The notes: generated from the letters alone by a model not told the origin. DNA of 64,000 nt from Octopus sinensis (GCF_006345805.1 NC_042997.1:55676001-55740000); one strand, 5' to 3'; shown: positions 26,636 to 40,575, counted from the stretch's first letter. Numbers and translations are program-made.

Positions 26636-26856
26636 AGCGGTGAACTTGCAGAATCGTTAGCACGCCAGGCAGAATGCTTATCGGTATTTCGTTTGCTTTT
26701 ACGTTATGTGTTCAAATACAGCTGAGGTCGACTTTGTCTTTCATCCTCTCGGGGTCGACAAAGTAAATACCAGTTGAGCACTGAGGTCGATGTGATCGAC
26801 TTAGCCACCCTCCCACTCCCAAAATTGTTGGCCTTGGATCAAAATTTGAAACGAAT
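26636..26856 (+). mobile_element. SINE family A
   Basis: Head GCGGTGAACTTGCAGAATCGTTAGC plus the family body. Confidence 0.88.
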
Positions 26857-27048
26857 ATCAAGGTATTCTAGCGATTTATTCTCAAGGAAATGATTTACAA
26901 GTTTTGTTTTTCTCTCGTTCACGTAAGGATAAACAACAATTCTTCAAGGCTTAGGTCGCACCTTACCTTTCCTACATCATAAGGCATATTTGGTTCCAAA
27001 ATAAACTTACTTAAGGAGGTTGAGCTTTCCTTATTCCTTTATCTAAAT

Positions 27049-27714
27049 CAGTGATTGTCAATCATTTTTTTTACCTATGGACCCCTTTGATTCCTATTTT
27101 ATTCTGATGGACCCTCAAAGCCATTCGAAGTTGAAAAAATCCTATTGTATTTATATACTCTTTTACTCTTTTACTTGTTTCAGTCATTTGACTGCGGCCA
27201 TGCTGGAGCACCGCCTTTAGTCGAGCAAATCGACCCCTGGACTTATTCTTTGTAAGCCTAGTACTTATTCTATTGGTGTCTTTACCCGAACCGCTATGTT
27301 ACGGGGACATAAACACACGAGCATCGGTTGTCAAGCGATGTTGGGGAGACAAACACAGACACACAAACATATAGACACACATACATATATGTATACATAT
27401 ATACGACGGGCTTTTTGCAGTTTCCGTCTACCAAATCCACTCACAAGGCTTTTGTCGGCCCGGGGCTAGAGTAGAAAACACTTGCCCAAGGTGCCACACA
27501 GTGGGACTGAATCCGGAACCGTGTGGCTGGTAAACAAGCTACTTACCACACAGCAACTCCTGCGCATATATTAAATAATATTAAGGATTATATTAAAACA
27601 TCGTTCAAATGTTTTGTGTGTTGTAAAAATATAACCAGTTTCTAATATAACTTTTAGCAGCAAAATCTTATATGGACCGCTAAGTGTCACGTGGACCCCA
27701 ATTGAGAACCAATG
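27049..27714. mobile_element. hAT (Charlie-like) MITE with 8-bp TSD
   Basis: TIRs CAGTGATTGTCAAT / ATTGAGAACCAATG; TSD ATCTAAAT (27041-27048) and ATTTAAAT (27715-27722). Confidence 0.8.
27156..27565 (-). mobile_element. tRNA-derived SINE, family B (CORE-like motif, internal microsatellite)
   Basis: Head GCGCAGGAGTTGCTGTGTGGTAAG, B-box-like GGATTCAGTCCC, CACCTTGGGCAAGTGT, tail (GAGTAAAA)n; several copies in the window. Probably related to the octopus OR-type SINEs (from memory). Confidence 0.88.
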
Positions 27715-28330
27715 ATTTAAATGATTAAGCGCGGTTATAAAATCAAGATTTAAAGCCGGTTGTGCAAGCTCGTATGTAAGAGTGAATCATTTCTGTATCT
27801 ACCGAGAATTTATAAACTAAATTTTTCCTGAGGCATTGGTAATCCTACGGACACTTTTTAGCATCTCTAGAATTGCACAACCGTTTGAATATAGTATTAA
27901 AAAGTTTGATAGTGCAGTATTTTATATTTGAACTATTATAACTGGTAATTGTTGAACCAGCAGTCCTAACAGTTAAGTGAGTCACCAGAGATTCATTGGT
28001 ATTGCTCCCGGTATCTCCTTATTATCACTAGTACTATTACTACTGTGATTAACATTATCAATATTATTGCCATAGTTTCTAATATTAGTATAGTCATTCC
28101 TATAGTTTCTTTATCAATTTTGTTTCTACTTTTCTTATGCGTATTATTTACTGGAAACTGATCATCTTAACATATAGTGAATTGTTCTTTCTGTTTAAAT
28201 AATTCAGCAAATTTTCTGTCATCTTTTATCATAATATTTAACTCCTTTCTCTCTACTAACATTTCAAAATCTAGTAGCACTTTTCAATAGTGTCTCCTGT
28301 TGTCGGTAACAATCCTGTATAATATATTAT

Positions 28331-28457
28331 GTCTGTGTTTCTGCTTGTATTTGTCCCCACACCATTGTTTGACAACCGATGTTGGTGTGTTTACGTCCCC
28401 GTAACCTAGTGGTTCAGCAATGAGACCGATTGGACAAGTACCAGGCTTACAAAGAAG
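28331..28457 (+). mobile_element. SINE family B internal fragment
   Basis: TTTGACAACCGATGTTGGTGTGTTTACGTCCCCGTAAC matches the other family B copies. Confidence 0.8.
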
Positions 28458-28607
28458 GTACGTGGACATTCCGGGCTCCGACTGAAGAGGCAATTGGCTG
28501 CGAATGGTTCGTGTTTTGTTCTATTTGCCGTTGTCGTGCTAGCGTCCTTTCTTCCGCATGTTGTGTTTTGACGGTTTCCGTTTGTTGTATTTTTTCTGTT
28601 CTACCTT

Positions 28608-28680
<73 letters not shown>

Positions 28681-29130
28681 AACGTATATATGTAATATAG
28701 ATACACACGTTTACATATGAGTGTGTGTGTGTGTGTGTGTATATATGTGTGTGTGTATAGGGATGGATAGATAGATAGATAGATAATATTAATGTAATAT
28801 TTGAGGATGAGAACCCACGCCTAGAAATATGCAGTATTATATAAACATATGTATTCACGTTCGTGTATAATAAACAGACATATATCTACGCATACGCATA
28901 CACACTAACAAAGACATGTTAATACGCATTTATAGACATAGATATGAATACAAAAATATATAAATTAGATAACTCACACTCATATATATAGATATGTAAA
29001 TACACACATACTTAGACATACATGTATATGCTTATAGGAACACGTGTACGTAGGCGAATTTATAGAGAGACACTCACACACACACATTTCTTTCTTCCTT
29101 CTTTCTTCTTTCTTCTCTCTTCCTTTTTTC

Positions 29131-30550
29131 AACTCTGCTTTTACAACTGTGTCACTCCAGAGGACTGGAAAATTGCCAGTGTCGTCCCCCTGTTCAAAAA
29201 AGTTGATCGCACATCAACTGTCAACTACCGTCCAGTCAGCCTTACTAGCTGCATCGCCAAATTGATGGAGTCCTGTGTCAGAGAAACACTCTGGAAATTT
29301 TGGAGCTCTCACAACCTTATTCGACCCTCACAATTTGGTTTTATCCCTAACTCCAGCTGCTATAGTCAACTCATCGTGTTTCTTGAGGACATCACCCGAG
29401 TTACTCATGGCGGCTCGTGGGTGGATGCTGTCTACCTTGATTTTGCCACACAAACGACTTATAGTAAAACTCTCTGCAATGGATGTAAAGGACGATCTCT
29501 ATAACTGGCTGAAGTGCTTCAATCTAGGTCGGAAAAAGGTATATACGGTTCTAGGACATCATTCTTCACCCTATAGATGATTTCTGGTGTACCACAGACC
29601 ACAGGGATCCGTTCTTGGACCCTTACTGTCTGCTGCATGTATTAATGATATAGATCCCAACTTGAGGAATGTTACGGAGCTGAAATATGCAGATGACACC
29701 AAGCTGTACCTCGAAATAAAAAGAACAGATCCTATGCGCTATAGATCTCTCCTGCAATCTGGATACAATGCAGCAATGGATCTTTGACTGGCAGCTCAAG
29801 CTAGCTATGGACAAGTGCGTCACCATGGATTTTGGGGGGAAAAATCCAGCCTTTACATAATCTCAAGAAGTTTTGTAGCGGACGTGATCTGGGCATTATT
29901 GTAAACAACTATCTGCGTTGGACAAACCACATCTCTAACATTGTCAAGAAGGCTGAGGGGGTGCTAGCACCACTCTGTAAGATCTTTGTCAGCCGCCCCC
30001 CAGCTATCTATTTAAAATTGTTTTCAACAATGGTACGTCCACAATTTGAATTTGCATCACGTGTCTGGAACCCCTATCTTGCTCAGCATATATATATCTC
30101 CTGGAAACTGTTCAGAAACGTGCAACCAAACGAATACCCACCGTCAGACATCTGCCATACTTTGAGCGTCTTGCTACCCTGAGCATGGATACATTGAAAC
30201 TCAGACGTGTGGCATCTGACTTGGTAGACACCCACAAGATTATCCACCATCTTTCCAGCAACAACGTTGGGCACCTTTTTGAATTCCATATGACAAACAC
30301 TCGCGAACATGCTTATGAAATCAAAAAGCAACACAGCACCCATGACTTTCGGAAACATTTTTTCATGCTGAGATTTGCTGAAGCATGTAATAAACTATCT
30401 GCATCAGTTGTCAGCTGTTGAGACATACTTCAAAAAGCTTCCATGCTTCCTGAAATCTGCCAACAGTACACCGGATGGTCTTTCTTTTCTTTTTTTATTT
30501 GTAGTGCACCTGAGCACTGTATACAACACTTTTCTTCATTATTATTTATA
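29131..30550 (+). mobile_element. CR1-type LINE RT and 3' end, degenerate
   Basis: PEDWKIASVVPLFKK..NYRPVSLTS, QFGF, VDAVYLDF, PQGSVLGP, KYADDTKL, RDLGI, VRPQFEFA, HFFMLRFAEACNKL. Confidence 0.93.
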
Positions 30551-31061
30551 TATAAAAATTTTACTATCATATATCTGAATTAAATGTATTTGTCAAGTCT
30601 TACCGAACGGCTTGCCTTTTCATTTCCATTTCAATCTATACCTATCTGCTCAAGGAGAAGCCACTCCTAGCCGCTTCTGAAAAGGAGTCTCAACATCACA
30701 TGTTCAACTGCGATTCAAACCGAAGTTTTAGTGGCTTTTAGTGGTGCACACATATTAGTTTAGATCACCTGACGAAAACTCCTCGTATACTTTATATAAA
30801 ATGTCTATGTATTTAAAAGGTTTCCGAAATAAATATGCGCTTCATTTTAATAGCTTCGATGGAGCTCCAGGATGTAGCACAGGCATTCAGCTCTTAATGC
30901 ACGACTTCTTACACCTGAAACAGCTGTAAGATATTGAACTTGATTGCGTGATTCCTCTTTCTTTGTCCTTCATTAATTAATGGTATGCTCTATGAAGGAG
31001 GTGAGCTGGCAGAATCTATACGGTATATATAAATCTATGTATCAGAATATATAAATCTATA

Positions 31062-31233
31062 AAGGCGGCGAGCTGGCACACCGGTCAAAATGCTTCGCAG
31101 CATTTCGTCCTTTGCGTTTTGAGATCAAATTCCGTCGATGTCCATTTTTGTCTTTTATCCTTTTCGGGTCGCTGTAATCGGCTTACCCTCTCCTCCTGAA
31201 ATTGCTGGCCATGTGCCAAAATTTGAAATCAAT
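31062..31233 (+). mobile_element. SINE family A (with internal deletions; extra head fragment at 30996-31017)
   Basis: AAGGCGGCGAGCTGGC head and family body. Confidence 0.8.
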
Positions 31234-31320
31234 ATTATACTCTGTATTCATACGTTTATGAGGTGGTGTGTATTTGTGTATGTATAATGCGCACTTACGT
31301 ATGTAAGTATGTATGTATAT

Positions 31321-32110
<790 letters not shown>

Positions 32111-32114
32111 ATAA

Positions 32115-32511
32115 ATGTATGTATGCATCTATGTATGTATGTATGTATGTATGTATGTATGTATGTATGTATGTATGTATTTATGTATGTAACTAAGTCG
32201 TGTGTCAGTATACGTTCAGAAATGTATATTAGGTAATTGAAGAAAGTCAAATTGAGAAAACTAACAGGAAAAATATATAATAAGAGTACCATGAGATTAC
32301 CATGGAACATAAGTTGCTACAAGAGATAAAGTGGAAGTGGAGTAATGTATGACCTCTACCACTTACATAAAAAGTGCAAGAGAAGGCGTCCCTGCTATCT
32401 AGATAGTTATATTGAGTACTAAAACATATGAGGCTGTTGATTATAAACGAATTGATTGAAATAATAGGAAGGAGAAAGAATATAGATTTTTTTCCTATAA
32501 TGGTTATAGAC

Positions 32512-32608
<97 letters not shown>

Positions 32609-32638
32609 CATGCATGCATACATACATACATACATACA

Positions 32639-32673
<35 letters not shown>

Positions 32674-32756
32674 GCATACATATATATACATACATATATA
32701 CATACATATAGACATACATATATGCATACATGTATATATACACATACACACACACA

Positions 32757-32788
<32 letters not shown>

Positions 32789-33030
32789 CATACATACATA
32801 TATGCATACATGTATATATACGCATACACACACATACATACACACATACATATATACATACACACATACATACATACTTACATACATATATACATACATA
32901 CGTACGTACATACGATCTATGTATGTTTGTATGTATGTGTGTCTATGTATGTATGTATTATGTATGTATGTATGTATGTATGTATGTATGTATGTATGTA
33001 TGTATGTATGTATGTATGTATGTATGCGTG
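32115..33030. repeat. (TATG)n, (GATA)n, (TACA)n compound microsatellite cluster
   Basis: Directly visible. Confidence 0.95.
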
Positions 33031-34020
33031 TGTATTTCTCTCCCTCTATATCGATATGTGAGAAAGACAGAGAGAGAGACGGTACAAATACTGTGGAGAA
33101 AATATATAACCACACACAAAACGATAAACAAACAAGCACTAATAAAGATAACAAAACCAAAATAAAAATTAAAAATAAAATAAAAATCAATGAATAAGAA
33201 GGAAAGAAATGAGGAGAGAAAAGAAAGAGAAATGAAAAGTAAACCTAAACAGAGAAAGTGGGCGATTATGATGGAGGTAGGGTGTGAGAAATAAAGCACA
33301 ACCAAAGCCAACACCATCAGAACTAAACGCCCCTTCCTCACCAATGCAGAAAAGTAAAAAAAACAAACATAGAACCTAAAACGTAGAATTAAATATATAA
33401 CAAAAGACCACATCATGCATAAAATCTAACGAAGAGAAAATTAAAACTAAGATACTTTGTTAAACATGAATTCCCTTTGGACGTCATTCCAACACTTTTG
33501 GGATCTATTTTTGTGCTTTATATTACAGTTTTTATAGCTTTATAGTTATATCTCCTGTCTGAAATATTATTTCTGCTAGGGAGTGTTTGTGTGTATCTAT
33601 GCATTATATATATATATATATATGTTTGTGCGCACACGTCAGTGTGTGTGTATGTGTGTGTGTGTATGTGTGTGTGTATACTTACATGTATCTTTGTGTA
33701 CGCATCCGTATGTATATAAGTATATAATACACACACACACACATACACATTCACGGGCAACATACAGAGGCAGTTCCATGTAGTGCTTGAGAGATGGGTG
33801 TGTTGCCAGTATTTGTTGTTGTTATTGCTGTTGTTGTTGTTTAGCCCAAGGTCATCTCTGACCACGCAGACACATGGTCCAAAAGTATTCTACTCATGAG
33901 GAGCACGTCTTTTCTCTGACTGAATTTGGTCTAGTTGTATAACGCCAGTCTCATTCATGGAAGTTATGGCTGCTATTTCTAGCGATTCAAGCAACAACGA
34001 TAGTCAATGGTATTACTCTT

Positions 34021-34389
34021 TTACTTAAAGAGGTTGAGCTTTCTTTATTCCTTTGTCTAAATCAGTGATTCTCAATCATTTTTTACCTATGGACCCCTTT
34101 GATTACTATTTTATTCTGATGGACCCTCAAAGCCATTCGAAGTTTTAAATATCCTATTGTATTTATATACTCTTTTACTCTTTCACTTGTTTCAGTCATT
34201 TGAATGCGGCCATGCTGCAGCACCGCCTTTAGCCGAGCAAATCGACCCCTGGACTTATTCTTTGTAAGCCTAGTACTTATTCTATCGGTCTCTTTTGCCG
34301 AACTGCTAGGTTACGGGGACGTAAACACACCACCATCGGTTGTCAAGCGATGTTGGTGGGACATACACAAACACACAAACATACACACA

Positions 34390-34429
<40 letters not shown>

Positions 34430-34577
34430 TACGACGGGCGTCTTTCAGATTCCGTCAATCAAATCCACTCACAAGGCTATAGTAGAAGATACTTGCCCAA
34501 GGTGCCACGCAGGGGGACTAAACCCAGAACCATGTGGTTGGTAAGCAAGCTACTTACCACACAGCCACTCCTGCGCC
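34021..34577. repeat. Paralogous copy of 27007-27565 (Naiad stub + left half of hAT MITE + SINE B on the minus strand)
   Basis: Collinear sequence with the same junctions; the SINE B part spans 34168-34577. Confidence 0.85.
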
Positions 34578-34665
34578 TGATAGTGTTTCTTCTTCTTCTT
34601 CTTCTTCTTCTTCTTCTTCTTCTTCTTCTTCTTCTTCTTCTTCTTCTTCTTCTTCTTGCTGTTAT

Positions 34666-34875
34666 GAAGGCTGGCAGAATCATTAGCATGCCGGACAAAA
34701 TGCTTAACGACATTTCGTCCGTATTTACGTTCTGTGTTGAAGTTCCGCTGCGCCCGACTTAGCTTTTCATCCTTTCAGTGTCGATCAAATAAGCACCAGT
34801 TACGCACTAGGTTCGATGTAATCGACTTAATCCCTTACCCCAAATTTTAGGCCTTGTGCTTCCAGTAGAAAGAAT
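34666..34875 (+). mobile_element. SINE family A
   Basis: Family head, body and tail. Confidence 0.88.
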
Positions 34876-34901
34876 TATTATTATTATATTATTATTATTA
34901 T

Positions 34902-34961
<60 letters not shown>

Positions 34962-34984
34962 TAGTAGTAGTAGTAGTACGCTAG

Positions 34985-36350
34985 TGCATGCTAATTTCGT
35001 TAGCAGGTATTGTATCTTGAGGTTTGGAGGCAAATTTCCTGGAATCTCAAAATCTTCCTTTAGATTCTTGCAGAATGATACTTTCCTGCAGGTCGACAAT
35101 GCGGAGTTTCAATTCCAATTTCCTTCAGTTTTTTAGGTAGCATTTTGACTATTGTACCAGGTGCATCTATTGCTACAGGAATAACTGTTGTCTTGGTCTT
35201 CCACAGTCTCATCAGCCCTATGGCTGAATTCTGCTATTCTCACTTTTTTCCATTTCTTTCGTGTCGATTCTATCATAAAGAATTGCAAAATCTATGATCT
35301 CGCATTGTTTATTTTGACTCTATAATCATGTCTGGTCTTTTTGTCCCAATAGTATGGCCAGTTTTTATGGGGAAGTTTCACAAGATTTTGTAATACTCAT
35401 TTTCTATCACAACCTTTAGGTCTTGCTTATACCATTTTATTGTTTTGAAGTCACATATTCGACTAACTATTCAAATGCACTCTTTTGCCTACACAGTCAT
35501 ATCTGCGCTTATACGCTTTTTGTGCTAATATACTGCACTCACTCAGAACGTGATTGATACTCACGTCTCATTTCCAACAAATTCTACATTTGCTATCTCA
35601 CTGAGTTTTGTCAATATTTTTCTTAGATTTGTTCTAAGGACTTAGTCCTGAGCGGCTATAATTGACGTTTCTGTTTTTCGTTTCAAGTTCCCGTCCGTCA
35701 ACCAAAAACCAGAGGGCTTCATTTCCGGTCAAATCCTAGGTTTCTACATAACTCCCAGGATGTCATGTCTTTTCTTGTATTCTTTCTGTGCCAGTAAACT
35801 AGATTCACTAACTATATGAGTAGCACTTTCTTCCTTTGATTTACATAACCTACATTAGGAATCTACCTGATTTTTGTCTATCTTAGCTTTATCCAATTAG
35901 TCCTCAATGTCTAATCTTGTGCTGCTACTCAGAAACTTTTTGTCTCCCTTTTCTGCCTTCCTTTCTGCAACCACAACCATGCCTCACTATTACTATTTTC
36001 TGCAACTATCTTGGGAAATTTACTATGCAAAACCTCCTCTTGCCAATCAGATAACTTTGTATCTTTTTTCTGGTTTTTAGCAACCTTTGGTATTTTGGTT
36101 TCCTTACTATTGCCTGCATAGGAGGCTACATCTGCTCTAGCTAACTCCGCTCAGTCTTCTACTGATATTAACCCTCTACCACATTCCTTTCTCGGAAAAT
36201 ACAATCTTTGTACTCCTGCTCTAAGATGAAGCCTTGTATTCATATAGAATTCCTTACTTGTTCTCTCTAGATTTGCTAAGTCAGATTTTGTCCAATCTAC
36301 AAAAGCTGCTGAGTATCTAAGTAACGATATTGCCTCCTCCCACAAAATTT
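34985..36350 (-). mobile_element. R4/Dong-type (restriction-like endonuclease) LINE, degenerate 3' part
   Basis: AISLLRYSAAFVDWTKSDL..LH..VQRLYFPRKECGRGLISVED, IIAAQD, W....VIENE..KIL..F.IKT..TIGTKRPD, VPVAIDAPG. Confidence 0.8.
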
Positions 36351-36490
36351 CATGATTTTTGTCTATAGTAAAAAGGATTATTATAATAATAATAATAATT
36401 ATTATTATTGTTATTATTATTTAGTATTATCATTATTGAGTGAGAGAGCAGTGCATGCCATCAAAATAACACTGGGATGAAATATACGAA

Positions 36491-36820
36491 GGTAGGTCTT
36501 GACAGATACGTTTATATCGTTTGGGACAGTCATATCAATGAGGAGGCATGTTCTTTGTCTGAAGTCTTTCAATATGATGTCTGGCCTATTCGCGTCTATC
36601 TTTCTGTCAGTTTGAATGGTGAAGTTCCAGAGGAGTGAGATGTGGTCATTTTCAAGCACTGGAGCTGGTTTGTGTTCCCACCAGTTTTTTTCATGGGGCA
36701 AATTCAGGTTTTTGCAAATTACCCAGTGAATATATTGTGCAGCTCTATCATGCCTGTTGAGATACTCTGTAGGCGCTAGAAGACTGCACTTGGAGACAAC
36801 ATGATCAATGGTTTCATTTA
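36491..36820 (-). mobile_element. R4/Dong-type LINE fragment (zinc knuckle + RLE endonuclease)
   Basis: ETIDHVVSKC..EYLNRHDRAAQYIHWVIC..WWEHKPAPVLENDHISLLWNFTIQTDRKIDANRPDI..LIDMTVP in one open frame. Confidence 0.9.
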
Positions 36821-36835
36821 TTATTATTATTATTA

Positions 36836-37136
36836 TTGAGTGAGAGGGCAGTTCATGCCATCAAAGTGACACTGGGGTAAAATATACGAAGCCCAATATA
36901 CCCATCATGACTACCCGTCTGATAAAGGTACACCAGGCACATGCATCACAACCATATGTGCGCGACATGGTGATCTCATATCAAGATAAACAGCACATGA
37001 CCTTGCAGGTGGGGCCCAGTTAGAATTTTCTTCAGGTTGAGCAGCCCATCCCGCTCAAACGGTCCCTGAATAAGGGTTGTTTAAGGATGTTGAAAGAACC
37101 ACCCATGTTTCCAGAGGTGAACTATTCAAACCCCAA
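36836..37136 (-). mobile_element. Interspersed repeat with (TAA)n tail (family C; SINE-like or LINE 3'UTR)
   Basis: A second partial copy of its 3' end lies at 36436-36490; both end in (TAA)n on the minus strand. No tRNA boxes are visible. Confidence 0.6.
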
Positions 37137-37213
<77 letters not shown>

Positions 37214-37217
37214 CATT

Positions 37218-37295
37218 ATTCAGTAGTTTTATTTATATAGCGTGCTTTCACTTCACTACCGAGCGCAGCTCTGTGTGCCTTAGGTATGTGCTGTG

Positions 37296-37298
<3 letters not shown>
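37218..37298 (-). mobile_element. R4/Dong 3'UTR stub within (TAA)n
   Basis: Near-identical to 40098-40175, which is attached to a Dong C-terminus. Confidence 0.8.
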
Positions 37299-37329
<31 letters not shown>

Positions 37330-37335
37330 TTATTA

Positions 37336-37375
<40 letters not shown>

Positions 37376-37443
37376 GCTGTTGTTGTTGTCGTTATCGTTG
37401 CTGTTGTTGATGATGTAGTCAACGTTTTGTTGTTGTTGTTGTT

Positions 37444-37658
37444 AAAGGGGGAGATGGCAGAATGGTTAGCACGCCGAACAGTAAGCTTAGTGGCTTACTC
37501 GTCCGCAGTTACGTTCTGAGTTCAAATTCAACCGCAGTCGACTTTGCTCTTTATCCTATCAGGGTCGATAAAATAAGCGCCAGTTAAACACTGGGGTCGA
37601 TGTAATCGGCTCACCCTCCTCCAAAATTTTAATCCTTGTGCCTATAATAAAAATGAAT
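37444..37658 (+). mobile_element. SINE family A
   Basis: Family head, B-box and body. Confidence 0.85.
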
Positions 37659-39828
37659 TTTGTTTTTCTTGTTATCGGATGAGTGTTGTGATCATTTTGA
37701 GTGTTCTTGATGCTATTGGTGGTAGTGTTGGGTTTTTTTTTATGTTGGCGCTGCTGCCTCTGCTGCTGCTGAACTGCTGCTGTTGCTGCTGCTAGGGATG
37801 TTGCTGTTGCTGGTGGTAGTAGTGGTGGGAGTGTGGGAGAGTTGTTGTTGCTGTTAACGAATTTCATGTTTCTGTTGGTGTTGGATTGGTTGCCATGGCG
37901 TAGAGTGTCGAAATACTTTGTTGACTAACGATGGTTGTGGTGGTGATTGATGTGAGGTTGAGTGTTTGTCGTAATTGGTGTTATTGTTAGTGGTGTCGAC
38001 GATGGGAGATATAGTGGGGCGGTGACAGTGCCAATTTCACTTTTTGTAGATACATACATACATACATACATATATACATACATACATACATACATATGTA
38101 AATACATCCATCCATCCATACATACATACATACATACATACATACATACATACATACATACATACATACATACATACATACATACATACGTACGTACATG
38201 CATACATACATATTTGTATGTATGTATGCTTGTAAGAATATACGAATATATATAGTAAAGATACGAAGTTATGATAATGCAATTAATTACATATCTTTAT
38301 TAAGCAATTACAATCGCTTCGATAGTTAGCGGAACCATTTGGTCATGTTATGTGCTGGTTTATACATATAAAAGAAAAATATGAAAATACATGCAGTAAT
38401 CGATGAGGGCATCACAAACCATCTGTTTGGACCAATTATAATACAATTATTAAAGTTTATTCTGAATTATCTCCCATGAATAAATACAGTCATAGATAAT
38501 AAGACCAGAATATCAGAGTTATAACTGAAAGAGCAATCTGTCTGTTTGTTGTGAAAATATTTGTATAGATAGATAATGAAGTGAATAAGTATAACTGTTC
38601 CTTCCATTTGCTCAAATAGAAATCAATCAGTACTGGTCGTCAAATTTATTGTTTACATTTGCCATCCACGAGTTTCTCAAATTTATTATTTACATGTATA
38701 CTAGTTGAGACAGGGCTCAAATCCTTACAACTACTTTCCTTTTCTCATATTTCAAGCTCTGTGTATAATATATAAACGTCACAGCACACTCTGTTGCTGA
38801 AATTAATGAGCCTATGATATCTCATTTGTTGATGATGAAAGTTTCTTTAACCGGCCTTATGTACCGTACAAATATATATATATATCTTCATCCGAATGGA
38901 ACACTGAATTTAGTCAGTAAAATTATTATGAATGTTCGATTTTCTGAATAGGACCTTCAATTCACAGATGAAGATACTGTTTGGGGAAATAAATGACATA
39001 CAGTATTTAATTTCGTCTCTCCATAGTAGCTGTCCGATTCCTGTCTTGAGTTAATGAAATAATACCAGCAGTATAATGGTGTTGAATGTTGACCTAATTA
39101 ACAAAAGAAACCAAGTTATCTTGTACAGATATAAACAATGAATTTATGAGTCAATAAGCAACATTTCTATGCGGTTACTCATAAAAAAGCGTTCCAGATG
39201 AATGAATATCTGTAGACCATGCTATGGTAGCCTCTGTTGAACTATTAAGAGAACTTTCGTGCAGTCTCTGGACCTGCTGGAAGTAATAACCGAGGCTTCT
39301 AAAAACAAAACTCTACAGTCTCAGAGAAGAAGAAATAATGGATTATGTAACCCAAGGTACACTAATATTGAATGAGTGTATGTTCATGCCTAGAAAACTT
39401 TCAGCTCAAAACAATAATAGCAATAAGTAAACTCATTACGAATAAGTAATTTCATGAGTCATTTTTTTTTTTCACTTTCACGTTTCTGAGGTCGACAAAT
39501 CATCAAAGATCAAAAGTTCTGTTTGACACTATAAATGTTTGTTTAGTGTATTAAATAGAAATATATATCATTGACCGAACCTTTCGATATATATAGATGG
39601 AGAAAGAAGAGAATGAAGCATGAAATTTCATTTTGCATACATTTTTGTTATTTTCAAAATATACTTTTTAAACACTCTCCAAATAAAAAGGATAATAGAA
39701 TTTAATTGCAAATCTAAACATAAGGATGCATAATTTGTGTTTATGGTGAGAAGTAGCAATACATAATTTTTCAACTTAGATTTGAATTAAATCTACGTGT
39801 CATGGACAATATATATATAATATATATA

Positions 39829-39878
<50 letters not shown>

Positions 39879-39948
39879 GAGATGAGGAATTATGTACATT
39901 ATTTACATCATTTACATTTGACGGATATTGTCATCTTGTTTGTTGTTA

Positions 39949-39992
39949 ACACAACGTTTCGGTTGATATACCACACAGCCTTCATCAGGTGT
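39949..39992 (-). ncRNA. Minimal type I hammerhead ribozyme (one stem II mismatch)
   Basis: ACAC-CTGATGA-A-GGCTG..CAACC-GAAAC-GTT-GTGT. Confidence 0.7.
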
Positions 39993-40041
39993 CTTGGGGA
40001 AATTCCAAACCTGGTTTCTCATTACTAAGGTATTTTTCGAG

Positions 40042-40097
<56 letters not shown>

Positions 40098-40101
<4 letters not shown>

Positions 40102-40308
40102 TAGTTTTATTTTTATAGCGTGCTTTCACTTCACTACCGAGCGCAGCTCTGTGTGCCTTGGGTATGTGCTGTGATTTGTTGTGATGCTCTGATGGTTATT
40201 GTATGGAAATTGTTCTGCGTAGGATGTGTGCAGTGCCTAGTAGTGCAATTTTCTGTATGTTATATGTGTTTGTAAGTCCTGGTGTTTTTGTTATGTATTT
40301 GTCTGAAT
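40098..40308 (-). mobile_element. R4/Dong LINE 3' end inserted in the (AAT)n linker of the left arm
   Basis: Minus strand SDKYITKTPGLTNTYNIQKIALLGTAHILRRTISIQ*, then a 3'UTR and (TAA)n; (ATT)n on both sides. Confidence 0.9.
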
Positions 40309-40335
40309 ATTTTTTATTATTGAATATTATTATTA

Positions 40336-40410
<75 letters not shown>

Positions 40411-40412
<2 letters not shown>

Positions 40413-40477
40413 TCACTGCTTGGAATCGAACTCGGAATCTTGGGGTTAGTAGCCCGCGTTCTTAATCACTACGCCAT
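40411..40477 (-). ncRNA. tRNA-like segment with A-box and B-box (not a functional tRNA)
   Basis: TGGCGTAGTGA (A-box-like), anticodon-like arm GGG CTACTAA CCC, GAGTTCGATTCC (B-box). Confidence 0.75.
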
Positions 40478-40514
40478 TTGAGTTCGATTCCAAGCAGTGA
40501 CCTGAATAATAATG

Positions 40515-40575
<61 letters not shown>

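Larger units (their letters stand above)
26870..28290 (-). mobile_element. Degenerate Naiad-type PLE remnant, split by a hAT MITE
   Basis: Minus strand reads LCNSRDAKKCP*DYQCLRKNLVYK..YIR..FKS*FYN; after the MITE it resumes FR*RNKESSTSLSKFI and MPYDVGKVRCDLSLEELLFIL, collinear with the Naiad endonuclease at 19 kb. Confidence 0.75.

Noticed and set aside
30755-30830. CTGACGA..GAAA hammerhead-like spacing; similar GGTCGAAAC near 56745
   Set aside because: No convincing stems I or III.
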